Positions 55,859-64,000 of a stretch of 64,000 nucleotides of DNA are shown here, piece after piece (position 1 is the first letter of the stretch; every line of letters starts with the position of its first letter). The notes under the pieces were generated by a model. The model saw only the letters and a program-made list of their open reading frames with translations. It ran no database searches and was not told the DNA's origin. The stretch is from an uncultured Candidatus Sumerlaeota bacterium (GTDB lineage Bacteria > Sumerlaeota > Sumerlaeia > UBA8349), in contig CAYWYC010000001.1 of assembly GCA_964462565.1 (NCBI GenBank), positions 5,738 through 69,737 on the forward strand, read 5' to 3'. The translations under genes were made by a program, and so were the position numbers.

Positions 55859-58471
55859 TTAATTGGCTACAATATTGACCAACTTGCCGGGGACATAGAT
55901 CACCTTGCGGATGGTCTTGCCCTCAATATGGCGCTGGACGTTGTCATCAGCCTGGGCCTTTTCCTTGACATCATCCTCCTGGGCCGAGGCCGGGACATTG
56001 ATCCGCGCACGCAGCTTGCCGTTCACCTGGACAATCACCAGAATTTCGTCCAGCACCAGGCGTTCGGGGTCGTATTTCGGCCAGTCCTGCTGGAAAATCG
56101 ATGGTTCCTGTCCCAGGCGCTGCCAGATTTCTTCGGCAAAATGCGGCGCCATCGGAGCCACCAAACGGGCGATAGCCTGCATGGCGCTTGCCGCGCACAT
56201 GAGCGAGTCATTATCACCATCGCGCAGATTATAGCCGTTCAGCGCATTGAACAATTCCATAATCGCCGAAATAGCCGTATTGAAATGGAAACGCTCGCCC
56301 AAGTCGGACGTCACGCGCCGGATCGTGTCATGCACCTTGCGATCCAGTTCCTTGTCATCACTATTATCTCCCGGCTCAAAGGTATTTCCGTCTAAAAGGC
56401 TGATACCTTCCCGCAGAGCTTTTTCGTTGGCATTCACATAACGCCAGACACGTCCCAGAAAGCGCGAGCAGCCTTCGAGCCCTTCGTCGCTCCAATCCAG
56501 CTGCTTTTCCGCCGGCGCCGCGAAAAGAATGAAGAGGCGCAAGGCGTCGGCGCCGTATTTTTCGATAGCCGCCGCCGGATCCACCACGTTGCCCAGGCTC
56601 TTGGACATCTTCACGCTTCGGGTCGTGCCGTCCTTGAAGGTATGCTCCTTGCAGACCATGCCCTGCGTAAAAAGCCGGGCAAAGGGCTCATCAATCTCCA
56701 GCATGCCCAGGTCCCTCAGAACCTTCGTGAAGAAACGCGCGTAAAGCAAGTGCAGGCAGGCATGTTCAACACCGCCGATGTACTGGTTCACCGGCATCCA
56801 GGCCTTGGCCTTTTGCGGATGAAAGGGCAACGATTCATTCTTCGGATCCAGGTAGCGCAGGAAGTACCATGACGAGTCCACGAAGGTGTCCATGGTATCG
56901 GTCTCGCGCCGGGCACCCTTGCCGCAGGTCGGGCATTTCGTCTGAACCCAATCCGGGGCTGTTTCGATGGGGTTGCCCTCGTGTCCATAATCCACCTTCT
57001 CCGGCAGCACGATAGGCAGGTCGCTTTCCGGCACGGGAACCATGCCGCAATCCTCGCAATAAACCACGGGAATCGGCGTTCCCCAGTAGCGCTGGCGCGA
57101 CAGCAACCAGTCGCGCAACTTGTACTGCACCGTTCGGCTGCCGTAGCGTTGTTCTTCCACGTACTTGGCGATCGCCGCGATGCCGTCTTTCGAAGGCATC
57201 CCGTCAAACTCGCCGGAATTCATCTGTACGCCCGGTTCCACAAAGGCCGCTTCCATACCGGAGCCGTCTTCGGGACAGCCCGCCTCGATCCATTTTTCGA
57301 TCTTCGCCTTCTGCTCGTCCGATACGGAATAAACGTTCTCGTCCGGCTTGATGACCGTCTTGATCGGAATGTCGTATTCTTTGGCAAATTCAAAGTCGCG
57401 CTGGTCGTGCGCCGGAACCGCCATGACCGCTCCCGTGCCGTATTCCATCAACACGAAATTGGCCACCCAGATGGGCGCCTTGTCACCCGTCAACGGATTG
57501 ATCGCGTAACGGCCCGTGAAGCAACCTTCCTTCTTCTGGTCGTCCGCCGTGCGCACGGAACGGTCCTGCCGCGCCACACGACTCACAAAGGCCATCATCT
57601 CCTTCTCGCGGTCCGTGCCCTTGACCAACTCGGGCACCATGGGATGCTCCGCCGCCAGCGACATGAAGGTCACGCCGTAGAGGGTATCGGGCCGCGTGGT
57701 GAAGATAGGCAGTTCATCGTCAGAATCGGCCACCTGGAAATTCACCTGGCAACCTTCGCTGCGGCCAATCCAGTTTTCCTGCATGGTCCGCACGTTTTCC
57801 GGCCAGCCGTCCAGCGTTTTGAGATCGTCCAGCAATTCCTGGGCATAGTCGGTGATCTTGAAAAACCACTGCTCCAACTGTTTCAACTCCACCGCCGTTT
57901 CCTCATGCCGCCAGCAGACACCATCCTGGACCTGCTCGTTGGCCAGCACCGTCTGGCAATCGGGACACCAGTTCACGGCGGCCGACTTGCGATAAACCAG
58001 GCCCTTTTCCAGCATCTTCAGGAATATCCACTGGTTCCAGCGATAATAATCAGGCCGGCAGGTGGGCGTCAGCCGGTCCCAGTCGTAGGAATACCCCATG
58101 GCCTTGAGCGACTCGATCATACTGGCAATACAGGACTCGGTGAAGTCACGGGCATTGACCGTGGTATCATTCTGTCCGGCAGCCTTAATGGCGGCGTTTT
58201 CCGCAGGCAGGCCCAACGCGTCAAAACCAACGGGGTACATGACATTATAATCCCGCATACGCATATAGCGGGCCAGCGTATCTCCGATTGTATAATTCCG
58301 CACGTGGCCCATGTGGAGTTTGCCGCTGGGATAAGAAAACATTTCAAGCACGTAATACTTCTCGCGGGGGTCGTCATCCCGTGTTTTGTGCAGTTCTTTT
58401 TCTTCCCAGAATTTCTGCCAATGGGCATCCTGAGTGGTGTGTGGATAAAACTGGCTTTGCTGGTCCGTCAT
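55859..58471 (-). CDS. leuS: leucine--tRNA ligase
   Basis: HMGHVRNY (HIGH motif), KMSKSLGN (KMSKS), editing CP1 domain, zinc-binding Cys pairs. The start is at MTDQQSQ, with an AAAGAGGA RBS upstream. Confidence 0.95.
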   Translation of the reverse strand: MTDQQSQFYPHTTQDAHWQKFWEEKELHKTRDDDPREKYYVLEMFSYPSGKLHMGHVRNYTIGDTLARYMRMRDYNVMYPVGFDALGLPAENAAIKAAGQNDTTVNARDFTESCIASMIESLKAMGYSYDWDRLTPTCRPDYYRWNQWIFLKMLEKGLVYRKSAAVNWCPDCQTVLANEQVQDGVCWRHEETAVELKQLEQWFFKITDYAQELLDDLKTLDGWPENVRTMQENWIGRSEGCQVNFQVADSDDELPIFTTRPDTLYGVTFMSLAAEHPMVPELVKGTDREKEMMAFVSRVARQDRSVRTADDQKKEGCFTGRYAINPLTGDKAPIWVANFVLMEYGTGAVMAVPAHDQRDFEFAKEYDIPIKTVIKPDENVYSVSDEQKAKIEKWIEAGCPEDGSGMEAAFVEPGVQMNSGEFDGMPSKDGIAAIAKYVEEQRYGSRTVQYKLRDWLLSRQRYWGTPIPVVYCEDCGMVPVPESDLPIVLPEKVDYGHEGNPIETAPDWVQTKCPTCGKGARRETDTMDTFVDSSWYFLRYLDPKNESLPFHPQKAKAWMPVNQYIGGVEHACLHLLYARFFTKVLRDLGMLEIDEPFARLFTQGMVCKEHTFKDGTTRSVKMSKSLGNVVDPAAAIEKYGADALRLFILFAAPAEKQLDWSDEGLEGCSRFLGRVWRYVNANEKALREGISLLDGNTFEPGDNSDDKELDRKVHDTIRRVTSDLGERFHFNTAISAIMELFNALNGYNLRDGDNDSLMCAASAMQAIARLVAPMAPHFAEEIWQRLGQEPSIFQQDWPKYDPERLVLDEILVIVQVNGKLRARINVPASAQEDDVKEKAQADDNVQRHIEGKTIRKVIYVPGKLVNIVAN

Positions 58472-59053
58472 TTTGATTCCTCTTTCTAGTGCTGTCTCAT
58501 CATTTTCAAGCACTTCGGTTTAGCGTATTACGCGGCAAATATCCATTAAAAAACCCGCCTGGAGAGAACCAAGCGGGCAAAATCTTGTCGGATTTATCGA
58601 AATCGGCGCGCTCAATTCCCCTTGCTCTGCCCCACAAGGAGCAGACCCGTAAGTCGGAGGAGATTGAGATTCAAGGCGCGACGCATGATATGTGCTTTCT
58701 AAAAACCGGGATAGATCAGACTGCCGGATCTTTCCATAACTTTAATATAGGCGGGGGAACCCATGCTGTCAAGACGGCATATTCTTTATCCACTATTCGC
58801 TTGACTGACATCCCCCACATGGCTATTACTATTGCAGAATAAGAAGAACGTTCATTGCGTTATTAAATGATTGTCACAGAATCTTTCGAAGATTTATTTC
58901 GGGAAGAGGGTGCAGTATACCCAGACAACACTCCCCTTCCCTGCCGGGCGAACTACAAGCAATCGTCTGTATGCAGCCAAAGGAGACAGAAGATATCGCG
59001 ATATTCTGGGGCAAAATATCAATCGAAGTGAGACACCAAAAAAGGAGATAAAT

Positions 59054-59296
59054 ATGGACATCCAAATGCTTACGCAATTCTTCATGTGGTGCACCCTTCT
59101 AAACTTCGTGTTTCTCATATTCTCATTCCTCTTTCTGGCCTTTGCAGGTGGTTTTGTTTACCGGATACACAGCAAGTGGTTCCCCATGTCGAGAGAAACA
59201 TTCAACATCCTCGTCTATTCTTTCCTGGCGGCCCATAAAATCCTATGGGTGGTATTCAATCTCGTGCCCTGGATATCCCTGAACATTATCAGATAA
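59054..59296 (+). CDS. small membrane protein (81 aa, two TM helices), unknown function
   Basis: A strong RBS AAAGGAGATAAAT precedes the ATG at 59054. Two hydrophobic helices. The long upstream ORF extension lacks an RBS. Confidence 0.4.
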   Translation: MDIQMLTQFFMWCTLLNFVFLIFSFLFLAFAGGFVYRIHSKWFPMSRETFNILVYSFLAAHKILWVVFNLVPWISLNIIR

Positions 59297-59418
59297 GGAA
59301 AAGCGCTCAGTTAAATCCGGAAACATCGGTCTAAGAGATGGATCGTTAAGCGTCCAACAAGCCAGTAGCGAAACTCGAACTACGGCAGGCAGATCGCTTA
59401 GCAATACAATAAAATACA

Positions 59419-60972
59419 ATGGCGGGAGGAGATAGCATGCAGTACGAAATTTTGGACGTTTTTGGTCATTTGCTTTTAACGCTGGCTATGCTGCTGGTGG
59501 TGGTGCTAATCGCCAGATCGGTCGTGGCAGGCACCAAGTATTCCCCCATTCTCATTATTGTTGTTTTCGGCCTGTCACTGGGGGTCATCCTCGAGATTTC
59601 CGGACTCGCCACAGCCGGCCTGGGCGAGTTCCCGATTATCGGACTGACAGCGGGGACGACTATTATTGCCCTTATCGCCACCTTCTTTGTGGGTGGGCAG
59701 AAGTTACGCAATACCTTCTGGAAAACCAAGCCGCCGAAAAAAGATGACGTGATTCTGAATCATGAAGAAGTCATCCTCGGAACCCAGGGCACGCAGCTCG
59801 TTTTTCTGGTCCGCGCTTTCTTTATCCTGATTGGTGTTTTGTCATCATATCGAATCATTTATCCACCGGGCGCGGAGCTGGATAACGCCTATCCCCTGCT
59901 TGCCTTTTTCGGCTATGCGGCGGCCATTATCCTGATAGACAGCAAGGCCAAAATTGATAACAAACGCCATTATCTGGGCCGCGGACTGGTAGAACTGTTT
60001 GCGATCCTTGTCGTTCTTGTGCTGGGAAAAGAAATCTCCAACTATGTCCGACCCATTATTGCCTTGCCCCAAATCTTTTTTGCCATGCTTATCTCAAGCA
60101 GCTTGGGCTTCATATTCAGCAACTGGCGCGCCGGCCCTACCATCCGGGCTCTGCTCTTCGGAGGCATCCCCATGGTCCTGGCGGGAGTGTTTATAATGGG
60201 CGGAACCCGCCTGCTGCAATCCTTCGCCCTTGAGGGCATGGTCCAGGTCATGGCTTATGGCTTTTTCGGACAGGTGTTCTGGATGTTTGTGGGCATCGCC
60301 CTTCTTGTGTTCCTTGGCAAATCCAACAATGTCGATATCCTGGCGCCCGGGATGGCCGGCAGCTTGTCCCACAGCGGACTAACCGGTGCCTGTACGGCCG
60401 GAGACATCGGAGAAGTCGCCAAGGAACGCGCCCCCGTCATGATCAACATCCCCTTTTTCGGTCATATCTTTGTGTTCACCATCCTGGCCATGAGCGTTAC
60501 GCGCGGCAGTCTGCTCACCATTCCCGCCCTCCTGGTGGTAGCCCTGGGAGGTGGCTTAACGTGGTGGTCCCTGCGGACGCTTCGCAATGCCCGGGGGCTG
60601 GAAAAGGAAGAAATCAAAGGCCTCATTTTGTTTTCCATCGGCTGGCAGGTCGTCGCCGTCTTTGGCGGTTTCAGCATGCTGCATTTTGCCGGCATGGATT
60701 TGGAAAGCGCCGCCATGGCAAACAGCAGCGCCATCTCCCATTTCGGGCTCTTCGCCGCCATACAGGATGGCATGTTTGACAGCGTCAACGCCTCCTACTC
60801 CAGCGCCGGCTTGATCTCCTTCATTTTCGCCATGCCCTTTCTGATCCATCCCTTCGTATTTGGCATGTTCGGCAAAGCCATGTCCAGCGGCGGAAAAATG
60901 CCCCCAAAAATCCTGGCCGGCCTGGCGATCAGCGGAATCATTGGTGTGCTGCTAACCTTGATTCTCTTGTGA
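59419..60972 (+). CDS. multi-pass membrane protein, putative secondary transporter of unassigned family
   Basis: ~12-14 hydrophobic segments across 517 aa. There are no soluble domains and no family motif I can name. Confidence 0.45.
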   Translation: MAGGDSMQYEILDVFGHLLLTLAMLLVVVLIARSVVAGTKYSPILIIVVFGLSLGVILEISGLATAGLGEFPIIGLTAGTTIIALIATFFVGGQKLRNTFWKTKPPKKDDVILNHEEVILGTQGTQLVFLVRAFFILIGVLSSYRIIYPPGAELDNAYPLLAFFGYAAAIILIDSKAKIDNKRHYLGRGLVELFAILVVLVLGKEISNYVRPIIALPQIFFAMLISSSLGFIFSNWRAGPTIRALLFGGIPMVLAGVFIMGGTRLLQSFALEGMVQVMAYGFFGQVFWMFVGIALLVFLGKSNNVDILAPGMAGSLSHSGLTGACTAGDIGEVAKERAPVMINIPFFGHIFVFTILAMSVTRGSLLTIPALLVVALGGGLTWWSLRTLRNARGLEKEEIKGLILFSIGWQVVAVFGGFSMLHFAGMDLESAAMANSSAISHFGLFAAIQDGMFDSVNASYSSAGLISFIFAMPFLIHPFVFGMFGKAMSSGGKMPPKILAGLAISGIIGVLLTLILL

Positions 60973-61021
60973 CAAATAGATGGTCAACGGAGCAACTCGT
61001 CCGCCTGTTCTGATCGGGTCT

Positions 61022-61200
61022 CCGGGCCCAGGCGCCTGGTCCCGGCTTCATAACGGAGAGGGTCCCCGACCGGTCGGGCATCCAGTCGGGGACCCGGGGA
61101 ACAGACGCTATTGATAGCGTCCTTGCAGGAGGGAAAAGGCAACTCCATCAACATGAACCAAGTGATGGAGTGCTCTCCATTTTTGACGCACATGGTGCGC
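61022..61200. repeat. cluster of five consecutive GC-rich palindromes/hairpins in an intergenic region
   Basis: CCGGGCCCAGG-CG-CCTGGTCCCGG. GGGTCCCCGAC...GTCGGGGACCC, containing the perfect palindrome CCCGACCGGTCGGG. GACGCTAT-TG-ATAGCGTC. CTCCATCA...TGATGGAG. GACGCACATGGTGCGCC. Confidence 0.5.
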
Positions 61201-61522
61201 CAAACCTGTATATTTCTTTTTTGCCTGGCTCGATTTCCAAAGGGCAATGCCGCCCACAACAGAAAAGGGGATAACTGCGGAAGGATCTTTCCGCATCAGC
61301 CATAACCCAAGCATTGATGCGATGAGACTGCATTTATCGCTTAGGTAGATGCATCGACACTATGATATTACGCGATGATCAGGATGTCGTGTAAAAGAGG
61401 TATCAGGATTTTGCTGATTTTGAATGTAAGGGTATCCATTACAGTCGAACCACCAAGCGCAAAATACTCGAAATGCCTTTGCGGCCATCTGCCGGGAATT
61501 GTTAGTATGGCTGGAGTTTTGA

Positions 61523-62869
61523 TTGGAAACTTGTGTCATGAACTTTGAAAATAAAAAAGACCATATCGACTGTCTGGTATCGGCGGCGACGATTATCCAG
61601 GATGCGGACCGCTTGCTCCTGGACGGAGCGATGCAATTGCACCGGGGCCGGATTGTGCGAATCGGCCGACGCAGCGACTTTCCGGTCAAGCCCGACATGC
61701 CTGTATATGATTTCGGAGACGCCGTGCTTTTTCCCGGTCTGGTGAATGCCCATGTCCACCTGGAATATGGCGGGCTTATGGGACAGATTAAGCCGGGGCC
61801 CTTTGTCGATTGGCTGCCACAGATTATCGCGGCACGATCAAAACTGGAGAGCCGACAAATTCAAAAGGATATTGCCGACGGCATTCGAATGCTTGTCGAG
61901 GGTGGCGTGACCACACTGGCGGACATCGCGTCCTTCGATCTTTCCACGCCCTGGCTGGAGCAGGCGGGTATGCGATATATTTGTTTTCTGGAAGTGATAA
62001 ATCTGGCTCCGCCGCCTTATGATGATTTTATCAAAGCACTCCATGGCAGGATGGAACGGCAGGCATCCGGCCCCCTGGGGCAAATCGGTCTGTCGCCCCA
62101 TGCCCCCTATTCCGTCTCGGCGGGCTTGATGGAATGCCTGCGACGCCAGATGCATTTCGGGCGGGATATTCCCTTTGCCATGCACGTGGCGGAATTCCCG
62201 GAAGAGATCGAGTTCCTGGCCCATCGCTCAGGCCCCCTTGCCCGTTTCTTCCGCGAAATGCCGCATCCGCAATGGGAATATATTCAAAAAGAAAGCTGGC
62301 TGGCAAAAAGCCCGATGGAATTTCTGAATCTGGGTCGGCCCTTTGGAAGCGTCGGCGACCTGGCTATTCACGGCAATTACCTGGATGAAGAAGCCATTGC
62401 GAAACTTGCCGCCGAAGGACGGACAAGCCTGGTGATTTGTCCGGGCACGCGCCTGCATCATGGCGTCGATGCGCCGGGACCGAAATGGGCACAGAAACAC
62501 GAACTGCCACTGGCGCTGGGAACGGACAGTCTGGCTTCGAATAATGTGCTGAGTATATGGGAAGAAATGAGCCGTAGCCTGGAATGCATCCCGCAATGGT
62601 CCGCGCGGGACGCCTTTGACGCCGCTACGGCAGGCGGGGCGCGGGCCTTGGGCATGCGTGGCCGGATCGGGCGCCTGCTGCCGAACTACGAGGCCGATTT
62701 CGTCGCTGCCGAAAAACCAGAGGGCATGGAACTGGAAAACAGCCCCGAGCCTTTGCTGGAAAGATGGATCGGGGAAGGGAAAGCACCAGAGGCACGTGAC
62801 ATTTGGGTCTGCGGCAAGTCTCTTCAGGAAAGGCCCTTTTTCCGGCGCAAGGAAGAGGATCCGGCATAG
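61523..62869 (+). CDS. amidohydrolase-superfamily metal-dependent hydrolase (cytosine/adenosine-deaminase-like)
   Basis: LVNAHVHLEY HxH metal-binding motif at the start of the TIM barrel, and a downstream HAPYS/HVAE region consistent with the amidohydrolase family. Length 448 aa. Confidence 0.7.
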   Translation: METCVMNFENKKDHIDCLVSAATIIQDADRLLLDGAMQLHRGRIVRIGRRSDFPVKPDMPVYDFGDAVLFPGLVNAHVHLEYGGLMGQIKPGPFVDWLPQIIAARSKLESRQIQKDIADGIRMLVEGGVTTLADIASFDLSTPWLEQAGMRYICFLEVINLAPPPYDDFIKALHGRMERQASGPLGQIGLSPHAPYSVSAGLMECLRRQMHFGRDIPFAMHVAEFPEEIEFLAHRSGPLARFFREMPHPQWEYIQKESWLAKSPMEFLNLGRPFGSVGDLAIHGNYLDEEAIAKLAAEGRTSLVICPGTRLHHGVDAPGPKWAQKHELPLALGTDSLASNNVLSIWEEMSRSLECIPQWSARDAFDAATAGGARALGMRGRIGRLLPNYEADFVAAEKPEGMELENSPEPLLERWIGEGKAPEARDIWVCGKSLQERPFFRRKEEDPA

Positions 62870-62885
62870 TCTTCACCCGAAGTGT

Positions 62886-64000
62886 TTATCCCTCGGCGGC
62901 AGAGGGAATTTCGTCGCTCATGCTGTCTTCAATCATCAGGTCTTTGATCTTGAATTCCAGCGCCCGATTATAATGACTCATATAAATGGAACCCACGACG
63001 CTGAATCGGGGATTGTGCAGGAGCAATTCGCGCGTTTTCTCGATGTGGGGGCAGCGAAACCAGATGGCGTTTATAACGCGGCTTTCCACCAGGGTCTTGC
63101 CATTTCCGGCGGGCAAGTCCTGGCGCAGCTGGAGTTTCAGGTGGTTTTTTCCGACAATAGTCAGCGTTCTGTCGGAAACGATGGAGCAGCCCTTGAGCAT
63201 AATCAGGGGAAAGGGGTTTTCCTGACCAAAGGGGCGCAATGCGGCAAAGTGCTCGAGCAGCACGGGAGACAAGTCATTAATATGGGCCTGGGCGCTTATG
63301 AATAACGGGCGGCGCTGGATATCCTCATCGTTTTGCCGGTCATATTCTTCGATCAGTTTTTGCCTGAAATCATCAACCACCTGACTTTCATAGCTGCCGT
63401 GAAACTGGATATTGAAGCCGGCAGCCATCTGGTGTCCGCCGTACTTATCCAGATAATCCTCGCAACGGCACAGGGCCTTATAAAGATCGAAAGACCCGCA
63501 ACTCCGCCCCGATCCCTTGCCAATGGGTTCCTCATTTTCTTCATCCCGCATCCCGATAACGAGGGCCGGTTTTCCATAGAGGTCAATCAGGCGCGAAGCC
63601 ACAATACCCAGAACCCCTTTGTAAGATATTTCCTCATGAGCAACGATTTCCGTCATGGGAATCTCAACGACAAGAACCGGCTCATCCTTGCACTGGCTGC
63701 GTTCTTCTTCAATATACCGAATGGCATACTCCCGCGCCTTTTTCTCCCACTCCCGGCGTTTCTGATTATACTCGTTCAGGAGCGTGGCCAGCGCCTCGGC
63801 GCGACCACCATCTTCCGTAACGAGCAGCTTGTAGGCATCGAGCACATTACCGGTACGTCCGGCGGCATTGAGCCGCGGCGCGATGATATGGCCAATGTCG
63901 TCTTCCGTTATAGCCTGTCCGGCACGTAAGGGAGCCCGGGCGGTGGGATAACTGTCTCCGGAATCATCGGTCAGTTTCTGGATCAGTTTGATCAGCCCGA
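62886..64000 (-). CDS. recJ: single-stranded-DNA-specific exonuclease RecJ, C-terminal part (gene continues beyond the window end)
   Basis: DHHA1 motif GGHQMAAGF and RecJ OB-fold C-terminus. Reverse-complement translation of 63846-63998 stays open in frame (…LIKLIQKLTDDSGDSYPTARAPLRAGQAITEDDIGHIIAPRLNAAGRTGNV-LDAYKLL…). The M at 63845 in the ORF track is an internal GTG. Confidence 0.85.
   Translation of the reverse strand, partial: GLIKLIQKLTDDSGDSYPTARAPLRAGQAITEDDIGHIIAPRLNAAGRTGNVLDAYKLLVTEDGGRAEALATLLNEYNQKRREWEKKAREYAIRYIEEERSQCKDEPVLVVEIPMTEIVAHEEISYKGVLGIVASRLIDLYGKPALVIGMRDEENEEPIGKGSGRSCGSFDLYKALCRCEDYLDKYGGHQMAAGFNIQFHGSYESQVVDDFRQKLIEEYDRQNDEDIQRRPLFISAQAHINDLSPVLLEHFAALRPFGQENPFPLIMLKGCSIVSDRTLTIVGKNHLKLQLRQDLPAGNGKTLVESRVINAIWFRCPHIEKTRELLLHNPRFSVVGSIYMSHYNRALEFKIKDLMIEDSMSDEIPSAAEG

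Noticed and set aside
58871-59053. N-terminal 61-aa extension of the small membrane protein ORF
   Set aside because: It has no RBS, and the extension is hydrophilic and low-complexity. A strong AAAGGAG RBS precedes the internal ATG at 59054.
62886-63845. ORF track shows a 319-aa minus-strand ORF starting with M at 63845, suggesting recJ starts there
   Set aside because: The start codon is an internal GTG (Val) translated as M by the ORF caller. Reverse-complement translation of 63846-63998 remains open and reads as RecJ sequence, so the gene is truncated by the window edge, not by a start at 63845.
1-64000. Searched by eye for CRISPR arrays, tRNA/rRNA genes, IS elements, integrases and phage genes
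   Set aside because: No direct-repeat/spacer periodicity was found. No transposase-, integrase- or phage-like products occur among the six-frame translations. No rRNA-like stretches were seen. tRNAs cannot be fully excluded without tRNAscan, but no candidate cloverleaf regions were apparent in the intergenic spaces.

Overview
This is a 64 kb chromosomal window from a diderm (Gram-negative-type) bacterium, roughly mid-50s % GC by eye. It is gene-dense and most genes lie on the minus strand. By eye I found no rRNA, tRNA, CRISPR array, transposase, integrase or phage genes. The content falls into four groups.

1. Housekeeping genes: a LeuB/IDH-family dehydrogenase, lepA, dnaJ, mfd, ispE, rimO, pgi, pfkA, an FGGY xylulokinase, leuS and a partial recJ.
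2. A cytoplasmic signalling locus: a 1641-aa GAF/multi-PAS protein with a degenerate kinase C-terminus sits immediately upstream of an OmpR-type regulator and a PhoR-type histidine kinase.
3. A cell-envelope cluster: a YjbQ protein, a GNAT, a secreted and membrane-tethered VanX-like D-Ala-D-Ala dipeptidase, an ~850-aa polytopic membrane protein with a TPR tail, PgeF, and an MlaF-MCE-lipoprotein module with no permease.
4. The most unusual feature, a tightly packed ~12.8 kb minus-strand operon (42655-55469). It runs MacB-type ABC ATPase, a 1105-aa double-FtsX permease, a membrane-anchored PQQ-type beta-propeller, a secreted NHL beta-propeller with a CGCCNPCN cysteine cluster, a Tat-exported NapG-like ferredoxin, a NapH-like membrane polyferredoxin, a small membrane half-ferredoxin, a second membrane-anchored PQQ-type propeller, and a fused NuoE-NuoF NADH flavoprotein with extra Fe-S domains. 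A rho-independent terminator closes it.

I know of no characterised system with this gene combination. It looks like a candidate new transmembrane electron-transfer and export module.

All calls rest on motif recognition in the six-frame translations and on reading the nucleotide sequence by eye. No database searches were run.
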